The notes beneath the pieces were generated by a model, which was not told the origin of the DNA, did no database searches, and saw only the letters and a program-made list of their open reading frames with translations. This document shows, one piece after another, positions 23,561 to 35,700 of a DNA stretch of 64,000 nucleotides. Both the position numbers and the translations under genes were made by a program. The stretch lies in assembly GCF_004010195.1 (NCBI RefSeq), contig NC_057751.1:13602267-13666266 (forward strand), written 5' to 3'. Each line of letters begins with the position of its first letter. Within the stretch, counting starts at the first letter, position 1. The DNA is from Chiloscyllium plagiosum (Eukaryota).

Positions 23561-24844
23561 TAGGAAAACAAGAGTCGATAGTGCAAAATCATTTCTGCTG
23601 GTGAGTGAATCAATAATCAGAGGTTATTGTTTAAAATGGTTGACAAAGATTTAGAGGGGAGATCTGAGAATTTTTTTTCAACTTCAAGTTGTCAGGATCT
23701 CAAATACTTTACGATTTTGAATAAATAATTTTTAATTTGAAGTTGAGGAAATTATGAATGCTGTTTTTAGAGCTAGCATGGGCACAATGGGTTGATTGGT
23801 CTGCTTCTATATTGTATGCTTCTATGAATTTATAACCTGGTACAATTTCCAGTTTGTGAAAAGAATTGGAGAACAGTTCATTTGGCAAAACCCATCGTGT
23901 GACTAATGTTTTAACAGTTAAGAGCAATCCATGAGCTATAAATACTGTTTTAAGTATCCTGTTGGTAACATAAAACATTGTGTGCTCTCACAGTTGAATC
24001 ATTCACTCTTTTGGGCATGTGTGTGTATGTTTGTGAGACATGCAGTACCTCAGGCATTGTGGAACACCCATTGAAATGTTATCTTTCAGAGGCATAATGA
24101 AAGTCTATTATCAAGAGAATGTACCACAGGTTCTTGATCAGTGAAAGCAATAAATTAGGCGTGTGCTAGGAGAGGATATGGTGTGTTTAAGTACCGAACA
24201 AAGAACGTTATTGTGTCACTCTGTTAATTGCAACACTCAGACAAGAAAATGCAACTTTAAAGAAATTTGCTCTGAATGGAGGAATGGCATTACATTTTAA
24301 AATCTGTATTTTTGGAACCATGCATGATGGTTGTGATTTTTCCAGTTGTCCATAATGCACTGTTTTATTTGTCTGGTTCCAAAATTGCATGACAGAAGAA
24401 ATGCAAATTGTGTGTACATTTATTGGGAGCCACTGAACTGAGCACGCAGGCAAAATCTAATGCTGCTTGTTGGTCATTTAAGGTGGGCCAGGAGCTATTG
24501 GTAATAGTTCAGTGGTCGTGATTTTCACCAGTCCCAGTCCAATTCAGAGGGCATGAGCATCCAAAATCGTCTATTTCTAAAGAAATCCAAGAATCAAATT
24601 CATGCCATTTTGGTTTAACATGAGACTTTTGAGTGATTTCAGTCATTATATTTCCAATGTGGGGACCTCAGTGATAGTACATTCGAAAAGAAATTCTAAA
24701 CCCACCATTTAACCTTTGACAAGGTGCCTCACAGGAGGTTGTGAACTAAATTTGGAACACATAGCGTAAGGGGCAGGTTATTAGCATGGACAGAGGATTG
24801 GTTGACTCGCGGAAAACAAAGAGTCAGGATAAAGGGTCTTTTTC

Positions 24845-25800
24845 ATGATCAGAGTCAAAAAGCGTGGAACTGGAAAAGCACACCAGACAGAGAGCATGCA
24901 CGCAGCAGTGGAGTCGATGTTTTGGGAACAAGCCCTTCCTCAGAAATGTGGGGTGGAGGCAAGAGGGCTGAGATATAAATGGGAGGGCATGCTGGAGGGA
25001 AGGTAGCTTGGAAGGTGTTAGGTGGATGAAGGTGGGGGGGTTAATGGTGATAGGTAGGAGCAGAGATTGGAGCAGATAGGTGGGAAGGACGATGGACACG
25101 TAGAACAGATCAAGAGGGCGGTGCCGAGTAGGAGGGTTGGACCTGGGATAGGATGGGGTTAGGGGAGATGAGGAAACTGGTGAAATTGACATTGATGTCG
25201 AGTGGTTGGAGCGTCCCAAGGTAGACCAGACATTCCTCCTCCAGGCGTCGGGTGGCTTAGATTTGGTAATGAAGGAGGCGCAGGACTTGCATGTCACTGG
25301 CAGAGTGAGAGGGGGAGTTGAAGTGGTCAGCCACGGAGCAGCGGGGTTGTTGTGTGCGCGTGTCCCGGAGATGTTCCCTGAAATGTTCCGAAGTGGGCAT
25401 CCTGTCTCCCCACTGTAGAGGAGACCGCATCGGGAGCAGCAGACACAGTAGATGAGGTGTTTGGATACGCAGGAAAATCTCTGCCGGATGTGAAAGGATC
25501 CTTTGGAGCCTTGGATGGAGTTAAGGGGCGAGGTGTGGGCTCAGGTTTTACACCTCTTAAGGTGGCAAGGGAAGGTGCCAGAAGTGGATGGTGGGTTGGT
25601 GGGAGGGGGGACATGGACCTAATGAGGGAGTTGCAGAGTGAGTGGTCTCTGTGGAATGCTGATAGGGGTGTTGAGGGAAATATATCTCTGGTGGTGGGGT
25701 CTGACTGTAGGTGGCAGAAATGGCGAAGGATGATGTGATGTATCCGGAGATTGGTGGGGCGGAAGATGAGGACCGGAGGGGTTCTATCCTTGTTGCAGCA
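24845..25800 (-). mobile_element. Penelope-like element 3' half (GIY-YIG region and terminal repeat)
   Basis: [33 protein letters not shown] homologous to 42640-43570. Confidence 0.88.
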
Positions 25801-25877
25801 CACAACTGTGCAGCAAGACATCCATTCCCTTGTGTAACTGCACCAGTTGGTACAGTAGGTCAAGGCATGGAGACTGC

Positions 25878-26195
25878 CAACCCTGGAGTGGGGAAGTCCA
25901 GAACTAGAGGGCATAGGTTTAGGGTAAAAGGGGAAAGATATAAAAGACCTAAGGGACAACTTTTTCACACAGAGGGTGGTACATGTATGGAATGAGCTGC
26001 CAGAGGAAGTGGTGGAGGCTGGTACAATTACAATACTTAAAAGGCATCTGGACGTGCATATGAATAGGTAGGGTTTGGAGGGATATGGGCCCAGGTGCTG
26101 GCAGATGGGACTAGATTGGGTTGGGATATCTGGTCGGCGTGGACGGGTTGGACGGAAGAGTCTGTTTCCATGCTGTACATCTCTATGACTCTATG
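25878..26195 (+). mobile_element. CR1 LINE 3' end
   Basis: SRTRGHRFRV...[16 protein letters not shown]; ends ctctatgactctatg. Confidence 0.85.
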
Positions 26196-26924
26196 TAGGT
26201 AAGTGCTAAATTAGCACGGACAAAAAGAGAAAACCCGGAGTTGCAACCCGGTCCAACTCCTCAGTTGGATTCATGTCCATGCATGCAAACTGTTGCTCAG
26301 CAGCCTGCCAATGCTAGTTGCCATTATGTATTGCAATATACATCTGTGCTTCCAGACCACTCTGCCAGTGTATCGGAGAGGTGCCATGCTGGTCGTGAAG
26401 GGTTGGCAGATGCTAGATGACAACATACATGGACAAGGCATGCATGCAGCTGGTGCCTGTGGAATGTGCCCTGATCTACACTTTAACCTAATACACCAGA
26501 AGTTGCTCAGATTCAGTGTGCCCTAGTTTCCTTGTTGAATTTTCACAATGTCAAGCTTATTTGGCAAGTTCAGTAAGACAGGAAGTTGAATATTAATAAG
26601 GGGAGTTGAGTCAAGGGGAGTTTAAGAAGCAATAATCCCCTTTAATTGGCAACTTGCAACTGACAAACCAGCAATTCGCTGTGCTGCTTGTGAAAAACAT
26701 GAAAGATGGAGCGGGCTTGCTCTTAACATCAAGATTGGCCTCATTTGACTTCTTGTCCATTACTTCCACAAATCTTGCCACATTGCTCAGACCCCTCGAA
26801 GATTCCGGCCAGAGCTTCTGAAGAGCACCCAAGGCAATAGGTTCTTAATTTCCACTGTTTGACCAAAACTCTGCAAATCCAGTAATCGGTTGAATAGGTT
26901 TAACCAGCTCATTCATGTCATTTG

Positions 26925-27300
26925 AGGCTCAGCGGGTAGTACTGCAACTTCTGAGATGGAAACTTATTAATTTAAGTCCCACTCTCAAAACTTCAGGACA
27001 GAAATTCAGGTTGTCACTTTTGTGCAGCACTGAGGGAGTGCCATCTTCCAAATGAGACAGGAAGCCAAGATATCAGCTGTTCTGCAAAGTATTTACAATA
27101 TGCAAAGAATAGTACAAGAGATATTCCTAGGACTCTGTCCAATATTTATCCCTCAAACACAGAAAGAAAAACAAATTCTGATCAGTATGACACACTATTT
27201 TTGGGAGCTGCTTGTATGCACATTCATTTGCATGTTCCCTAAAGTGGTTGGCTCCTTATTTTCATTTGTACAGAAGGGGAGGCTTTGATAAATTGCAAGT
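26925..27300 (+). mobile_element. Ancient Deu-domain SINE (SacSINE1/AmnSINE-like), decayed
   Basis: tRNA-like head (ggctcagcgggtag...taagtcccactc), gcagcactgagggagtg, ccaatatttatccctcaa and a ttgcaagt tail match the recalled consensus. Confidence 0.55.
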
Positions 27301-27770
27301 GTTGGAATTGCTCGCGGCAAACTTCAATTCAGGAGACAAGCATGAAGACGTTATGAATAGTTAAGCATTGTGCATCATGAGATATAACAGTTTCATCAAC
27401 AGGCAAGGAACAAAATCGGTGCATGTTTATTGAATGATAATGCATCCCCAAATCTTGACAAATAACAGTTGATATTTACCGCTTATGTTTGGTTTCACAA
27501 TTGAAGACAGACGTAGCATCTGAAAATCATCAACTGCATTTTTCAGCAGAAGCAAAATAGCATGAGATCAAAATTTCTTCCCCATGAGAACTCTGATCTA
27601 TTAACCTGGCATGTGTGGTGGACTCCCAATAATATCTTTCACTAGAAGGGAGGCAGCTGCAAGGCTGCAAAATGCTGCTTCTGAACTCAACAACTGACCA
27701 TTAGATCAAAATGGAGGCAGAGCAAGTCTGTACTAACAGACCTCTGACCAGTATCAGGACTTCTCCTGAC

Positions 27771-28290
27771 GAATTGAATTGAACTTATTGTCACGTGTAC
27801 CGAGGCACAGTGAAAAGCTTTGTCTTGCGAGCAATACAGGCAGATCACAGAGTTAAGTAGCACAGATAAGTAAATAATAGGTAAACAGCAGCAAAAATAA
27901 AAACACAGGTACAGGTGAATATTAAGAGTTTGTGAGTCCATTCAATATTCTAAAAACAGTAGGGTAGAAACTGGCTGGTGCGTGTGTTCAGGCTTCTGTA
28001 CCTTCTCCCCGATGGTAGAGGTTGTAGAAAAACATTGCCAGGGTGGGATGGATCTGTAAGAATGCTTGCGGCCTTTCCTTGACAGTGGGCCTGGTAGATG
28101 GATTCTGTAGGTGGGAGGTTGGCCTTTGTGATATTCTATAGATGGGAGGTTGGCCTTTGTGATTGTCTGGGCCGAGTTCACCACTCTCTGTAACCGCCTC
28201 CAATCTTGCATGGTACAGTTGCCATTCCAGGTAGTGATACATGCAGACAGAATGCTCTTGATGGCGCACCTATAAAAATTGGCGACTTCC
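27771..28290 (-). mobile_element. Rex1/Babar-type LINE 3' fragment
   Basis: NFYRCAIKSILSACITTWNGNCT; homologous to 1461-1946; internal ~30-bp tandem duplication at ~28100-28163. Confidence 0.8.
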
Positions 28291-29371
28291 TCAAGATATT
28301 CCATGTGTGACAGCATCTAGGCCAGGCTATAGGAAAATAAGACAGACCCAGTTCGGTTTCCCCAACAAAGTTTAGATGTGATAGTCTTAGAAGGGGTGGC
28401 AAGAAACTATCCTGGTCAGAGCATGAGAAGGTAATGTGGGTGAGGAAGGTAGGTGGCAGTCAGAGATCTGATCAACATTTTTTTGAAGTTGTGTGAGTGC
28501 ACAATATTGGCAGTGGTCAGGCAGAGGAGGTGAGGCTTGAAGGTGAATGAACAATAGCAGGATGGGGACGAAACCAGTCAACCCCTGTTCAAGGCCTTAA
28601 TTAGTCTAAATTATTTTAAAAAGCTAACTGCTGCTTATGACCAAGCTGAGCTCCAACAGAATGGCCAAGAGTGAGGACTGTGGCAAGGAAATGGCATGCC
28701 AGTGAACTTTAGGCAAGTATACTACTACTTACCTCTAATCACAGTTGCATACTGGGCCCAGAATCTTGTGCACGAGGAAACTGTGCCCACTGACCCATTT
28801 TTCCATCACATGCTGTCCAATTTTAATGCCATCCCAAAAGTTCTATTTCACTGTATAATTTTAGCTATGTAACAGTGTGGAAGTTTAACACGGTAATTAA
28901 TATTGCAATCTTCCAAGTAATTTGATTTTTCTGCTCCTTTATATATGCTTTGAAAGTATTCTGTCAGTGAAGTCACTCCTAGGTTTTATCTGTACAGCTA
29001 ATAGCTGAGAATTGTGATTCTGCACAACAGGATAACCACTGTGTGACTGTCAGGAGCGATATATTAAACAGGAAGTTTTTAACATTTATTGACATTATTT
29101 TAAATCTCCAAAGCTACTCTCTTTTCAGCTACACTTATGAACATAAGACTATAATAAGGCTGGAAGAAATAGGCGCAGGAAACAGTGACTCCTCCACCAG
29201 CAGAAATACCAACACTGAACTGATGAGAAAGTTCATACATGACCTTAACCTGAACCAGTCAAAACTGAAAACCAGCAGAAAATATTGTCAAAATATATGC
29301 TGTGTATACTTGTCTCACAGTGAAATATGAGACACCTTTTTCACCAAGTTAAGGGGTCAACTATTATACAA

Positions 29372-30270
29372 AGAACAAAGAAGAAGAACAAAGAAAATTT
29401 ACAGCCCAGGAACAGGCCCTTCGACCTTCCAAGCCTGTGCCGATCCAAATCCACTATTGAAACCTATTGCCCAATTTCTAAGGATCTGTATCCCTCTGCT
29501 CCCCACCTACTCAAGCATCTGTCCAGACGCACCTTAAATGAATCTACCGTGCCTGCCTCTACTACCTCTGCTGGCAACGCATTCCAGGCACCTACCACCC
29601 TCTGTGTACTTTGCATGTGTATCCCCCTGAAACTTTTCACCTCTCACCTTGAATGCGTGACCTCTTGTTATTGAGTCCCTCACTCTGGGAAAAAGCTCAA
29701 CTCTATCCACCCTGTCTATACCCTTCATGATTTTCTAGACCTCAATCAAGTCCCCCCTCAATCTCCTTTTTTCTAATGAGAACAATCCTAACCTACTCAA
29801 CCTCTCTTCATAGGTAACACCTTCCATACCAGGCAACATCCTCGTAAACCTTCTCTGCACCCTCTCCAAAGCATTCACATTCTTTTGGTAATGTGGCGAC
29901 CAGAACTGTGCACAGTATTCTAAATGTAGCTGAACCAAAGTCCTGTACAATTTTAACATGACCTGCCAGCTCTTATACTCAATATCCCGCCCAATGAAGG
30001 CAAGCATACCATATGCCTTCTTGACCACTCTATCCACCTGCGCAGCCACTTTCAGGGTACAATGGTCCTGAACTCCCAGATCTCTCTGCTCATTAACTTT
30101 TCCTAAGGCTCTTCTGTTTACAATGTAGTTCACTCTAGAATTAGACTTACCAAAATGCATCACCTCATACTTACCTGGATTGAACTCCATCTGCCAATTC
30201 TCCAGTCTATCTATATTCTCCTGTATTCTTTGACAGTCTCCTCTGCTTTCTGCTACTCCACTAATCTTAT
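29372..30270 (-). mobile_element. CR1 LINE 3' fragment, same subfamily as 7658-9475
   Basis: ORF 29735..30190 (RDLGV...HLEYCAQFWSP...[10 protein letters not shown]) and the same tail. Confidence 0.92.
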
Positions 30271-30389
30271 ATAGATAATATTGTCAAGGGGGTTACACTG
30301 AAGCTCAGGGCTGATACAGAAACAGAAAACCATGCGAGATCTTTAACATCTCAGTCTCAGACATACATAGTTCACAACTAAGTGGACTG

Positions 30390-31510
30390 GAACATGGGAA
30401 CAAAGGCAGTCCATTCAGCCCCTCGATCTTATTCTGCCACTCGATAAGATCATGGTTGATCTGTGGCCTAACTCCACATGCCTGTCTTTGGCCCATATCC
30501 CTTCATACCCTTGCTGAATGAAAATCTATCTATCTCAGATTTAAATATCACAACTGAACTAGCTTCAACCACTGCTTGAGGAACAGTGTTTCAAATCTCC
30601 ACTCGTCTGTGAGTTGAGTATTTTCTAACATTTCCCCTGAATGGCATGCCCAGATTCTGAGATGATGCCTCTGGTTCGAGAATCTTCAACCAGTGGAAAT
30701 AGTTCATCTTTATCTGCCTTGTCTTTTCCTGTTAATAACCTCAATCAGATCACCCCTAACCTTCTGTGTTCCACAGTATAAAGGCTAAATCCATCAAATC
30801 ACTCCTCCTGATAACCCCTGAAGTCCAGATAGCATCCTTGTAAACTATGTTGATCTTCATACAGACCCAAACCATCCTTCCTAAAGGGTGGGTGGTGAGG
30901 GGGTGCCCAGATCTGCTCACAGTACTCGATGTAAGGTGAAACTTGGGTTTTGCGTAACTGCAGCATAATATCTGCATCCCGATATTCCACCTCTTTTGAT
31001 ATGAAAGCCAGCATTCCATTAGCCTTCCTGACTATTTTCTGCACTTGTTCAGGCATTTTAAAGAGCTAAGCACCTGAACACCTAAATCTTGTCGGACAGT
31101 ATGTATTTAACTTGGTGCTTTCTAAAAATAACCCAATCTATCCTTTTCTGTCTGCCACAACCTTGCCCATTCACCTCATCTATCAATATCCTGTTGTAAG
31201 TTTATGCTGTCGGATATTTGACTTTTCATGCGATTATCAAAATTGTTAATTGATACTATGAATAACTGAGACACCAACATAGATCTCTGCACCAACCCCC
31301 AATTTGAGCACTTAAGCATGATTTCAACCCTGTTTCCTGACACTTGACTAATTTCCTATCCATATCAGCCCTCAATTTCCCCTCAATTCTGTGGGCTTTC
31401 ACCTTGGTTGATGATCTCTTGCGTGGGACTTTATCAAAAGCCTTTTGGAAGTTCATATAACAACATTCATTGACTTATCTCTGTCCACTTTTGTCAATTC
31501 TTCAGAAAGT
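30390..31510 (-). mobile_element. Old CR1 LINE RT/3' remnant
   Basis: [10 protein letters not shown] (31256..31456) and IEYCEQIWAP (30799..31056). Confidence 0.75.
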
Positions 31511-31749
31511 TCTTTCAATAAGCCGTCAATAACCTCTTCTTTTTCCAGACAGCCACTTGGCTGTTTATGACAATTGAGTGAGCTTAGATGAGTTTCTGAG
31601 GAATTTAAATAATTTGCTGACAGCTCACAGGTGCTATTTACACTGATTCTACAGTTTTTTTCAGTCTTTTTCCAAGAGAAATTAAATTAAAATTTGCACA
31701 GTACCTCAGTGGAGAAACTGCGCTCAATGATCAAGCATGAATCAGGTAG

Positions 31750-32116
31750 ATCAATGTGGATTTCACCAGTTTCCTCATTTACCCTCCCCCACCTTATCTG
31801 AGTTCCAACCTTCCAGCACATGACCTGGCCTACCTGTCCATCTTCCTTCCCACCTCTCCGCTCCACCCTCCCCTCTGACCGATCACCATTACCCCCACCT
31901 CCATCCACCTAATGCACTCTCAGCTACCTTCCCCCTAGCCCCACTCCCCTCCCATTTATCTCTCCACCACTGAGGCTCCCAGCCTCATTCCTGATGAAGG
32001 GTTTTTGCCTGAAACATTGATTTTCCTACTGTTCGGATGCTGCATGACCTGTTATGCTTTTCCAGCACCACTCTCTCGACTCTAACCTCTAGCATCTGCA
32101 GTCCTCACTTTTGCCT
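31750..32116 (+). mobile_element. Penelope-like 3' fragment with decayed hammerhead
   Basis: Homologous to 43235-43570; CTGATGA at 31991-31997. Confidence 0.85.
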
Positions 32117-32344
32117 GTTGCTTCATACACCCATCTCTATTCTATTCTTCTTTGTGCACCGTGGGAAAATAAGCAGACTCAAAGCACAGGGTCTTGAAAA
32201 AAGTGACAGTAGACTTGTTAAGAAATGTGTGAAAAATGAAGAAGTATTTGGCCAAATATTAGGGATCAAATTTTCACATGAGATTGATTATTACTTGAGT
32301 ATATGGCACTAGTAAAGTTACTTCTAAATGATCCACCATGCAAT

Positions 32345-32350
32345 TTTATT
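32345..32350 (-). terminator. Candidate polyadenylation signal AATAAA of the kinase gene
   Basis: tttatt on + strand about 410 nt downstream of the stop, in unique AT-rich sequence. Confidence 0.5.
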
Positions 32351-32760
32351 GAGTAAATTATAAATTACCAACAATCCTCAGTTCAAAACCAAGAATCAGC
32401 AGAAAAGTTAAAAATCAGTTTTGATCTTGTGTTACATGTGATGGTTTATAGTTAAAAAAAAACAAAATTGGATAGGATGGAAGTATGGAGTGTTAAATAT
32501 TCCATTGAAAGAGACCAGATTAATTGTCATTTCCAATCGTTTCTGTGTCGCCATGAGAATACCACCCAATGTTCTGCAGAAAATCCATTAACACAGTAAG
32601 AGTTAATATCTGCACAACTGAACCCAAGTCCTATTTAAATAAAGGATAGAGCTTGACATGAACGAAGCACTAAAACCTGGACGAATATCTCAGTCACCGA
32701 GTCTTCTCTCACTCTACATTATTCCTATTCAAAACAGGTTCTCAAAATGACAAGGGTGTT

Positions 32761-32799
32761 TCATTTTTCCAACTTCAGACTGTTCACAAAGTTCTTCAC
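32761..32799 (-). CDS. DGUOK: dGK-like kinase exon 7 coding part ([12 protein letters not shown])
   Basis: tcctctttcag| acceptor, phase 0; resembles the family C-terminus (VNTFVKNL / VKEFLSTL); TGA at 32763-32761. Confidence 0.88.
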   Translation of the reverse strand: MKNFVNSLKLEK

Positions 32800-35700
32800 C
32801 TGAAAGAGGAAGCAGAACCAAAAATAAAACACTGTAGTACAACATCAAAACCTATTTTATGAACAAAACCCGGAACTTTCATGGACCAGGACCAAAAATG
32901 AAATGTGTGCAGCAATCTCCAATGTTCTGCACAACTGTTGCCAACAATTACCCCAATTATTACTTTATGCCTTGATGTAACACCTTTGTAACTGCCGAGG
33001 TCATGCTGCGGGATTAAGAATCATGGGGGCACAGTATAGGCCTTGATTGTTTTGCTTGAAGATGTTGAGGACAGATAAATATTGAAAGATTCATGCATTA
33101 TGACAACAATCAGCACATGTGCAGTAATTTTTATGTTAGTCACACAGAATATGTAGGATTTGGAAGAAGTTTCAATTGATCATGATGATTGGAGAAGTTC
33201 TCAAAGCACCACAGGTACGGCCGATTGTAATGTAACTCAATGGAAAGACCGCATCCCTGTAAAAGTTTTCTTGATGCTCCAGTTCGCACATAAAATACAG
33301 AAGTAACCTCCTGGTCACAATTTCATACTGCAGCCTTGTTGATATTAAAGAGATTAGCATGGGTGTTTCTGCTTGAAGTTCCCATGCGAGAAAGTGGGTG
33401 TGGTTGTACACTTGCGTAGCCACAGACAGTACAATGTGAACAGATGCTCGTGGCTGCAGAATGCCATGCTGTAGCCTCTTTTGTGAATTTCAATACTCAG
33501 CCCAAAACTAAAGTTCTCCTGGGACCGGGATGTCAATATATTCTTTGGAAGGAGTAACATTTGAGGATATGGGAATCCTCCTTCAATTATATTCTGTGGT
33601 GAGTGACTGCAAGGTACAAGTCAGGGGTATGATGGAATACTCAGCATCTGCCTGGAGCAGGGCCAAGCCAATAATACTCAGGAAACTTGACACCATCTAG
33701 ACAAATAGCTCACTGATTTGGCACCTATCCACCACCCGAAACACTGACTCCTCCACCAACAAAAGTGGCTGCAGTATGAATATCAACTACAAGATGTGTT
33801 GCAACAAACAACCTCGGTTTCTTCAACAGCTGGAACACCCTTTATTACAGAATTGGGGATGCACCTCCATCATAAGGACAGGAGTGGTTCAAGAAGGCAG
33901 TTCACCACTAGTTCTTGAGCAATGAGGGACAGGCAACAAATGGTGGCCTCAGCAACAATGCTAAACTCACTTCATGTGAAAAGACTTCAACTAAATGCTT
34001 CCCAAATTTGTGACCTCTACCTCCAAGAAGGACAAGGGTCACAAGTGTATGGGAATGCCAATATCGATTGATTTCTATCTATGTTACTAGATTCCCCTAC
34101 AGCGTGGAAACAGGCCCTTCGGCCCAACAAGTCCACACTGACCCTTCGAAGAGTAACCCAGCCAGACCCATTTCCCTCTGACTAATGCACCCCACACTAT
34201 GGGCAATTTAGCATGGCCAATTCGCCTGATCTGCACATCCCCAGACTGTGGGAGGAAACAGGAGCACCCGGAGGAAACCCACGCAGACACAGGGAGAATA
34301 CAGATAGTTGCCCAAGGCTGGAATTGAACCAGAGTCCCTGGCGTTGTGAGGCAGCAGTGCTAACCACTGAGCCACCGTGCCGCTCCATGCTGACTTAGGA
34401 ATATTTCAGAAATCCTTCGGAATCTTTAGGTCAAAATCCTGGAGCGTACTGTCAACCAGCACTACTGAAATCTCTTCACCATGAGGACTACAATGGATCG
34501 ACAGGCAGTTTACCAGTATCTATCCAAAGGTAATTAGAGATGGACAACAAATTCTCAGTTTATATTCAATGAATGAACAAACTGAGGAAAACCGAACAAA
34601 ATAAATCACAAGAAAGAACAGCACTTTACATCTTCAAACAGCTTTTCTCGTCTTGTTTTATCATCTTCAAACTCTTCATTGACATCCAACACCAAGACTG
34701 GAATGTTCTTCAGATGTTCAAAGTGCAGTCTGTTGAAAATGAAAAGAGTGGATATAATTCCTCATGGAAAAAAAACTCTTCCACACATCATAATTTCTCT
34801 CCAGGTTGCAGCTAGCAAACTGACTAAAAACGTTTCATCCCTGTTCTCACTGGATGATCATTACTTGTTCTCTCCTTCTGGGTGATGTCTGATCTGTGCT
34901 GTTCTTAATAAAATAGATCCAGGATGATATTTAGCTGAATTCTATCACCATTGATGGGGACTGGCTGCATTCCCAAAGCAGTGCTGTGTTTTAAATCTAT
35001 TGGCCATCTGATTGGTTAGCAGCTCTGAGACATGAGACTTCACCTCAGATAGGGCAGAAATCATGCCTTTAGCCCAAGTGATGCTAAATCACTGCCGATA
35101 GGGGACAGCCTTGAATTTTTAGCGAGGGTAAGTGGGGGGGCCACTACTCCTGTGTAAATATCCAGCTACAGATCATTTTTACTGAAAATAATATTTGGCT
35201 ACAAAGTTTCAATCTTTATATAGAGGATTTAAAAAACACAAAAGTTTCTGGAAGTACTATACTGCCTGTAAGAAATTGAGGAAGATTCATTTTTACTGGT
35301 GTCGCCTTGCACATGCAGTCCAGCACTTCTTGACCCCCTTCCTGTCGTGATTGGAAGCAGGTTGACCTCAGAGACGATGAGGTCATTGAGTGGGGTTGTC
35401 AACCTGGCCAATCAAGAGAGCCCTGTCGTCCCCTTCACTTTTTTGATCACACAGCATTGCCCTTTGACGAGAAGGGAATTGGTGGTCACTGGCCGATCTC
35501 GTGTTTCTTTTCTTCTTGGTGAGTGGAAAATGAACAAAGATTTGTACACCTGCTGTCTTTCACTGTGTCTCACACTTTCGCGCACACACACTATAAGCAC
35601 TATAGCTGTTAGGCGGTATAGGGGAATAGATAAAAAAAAAACAGGAGATTTAGAGTCTCCTCAGTTTAGGGGGCTGAAAAAATATATATAAACAGAAGAA

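Noticed and set aside
26195..26812. Possible Harbinger-type MITE ending aagattccggcc
   Set aside because: Only one putative terminus seen; no matching TIR or TSD located.
33170..33600. Unique-looking intron 6 segment with overlapping short minus-strand ORFs
   Set aside because: No recognisable domain, stops in all frames over the span, and exon 6 joins exon 7 without it.
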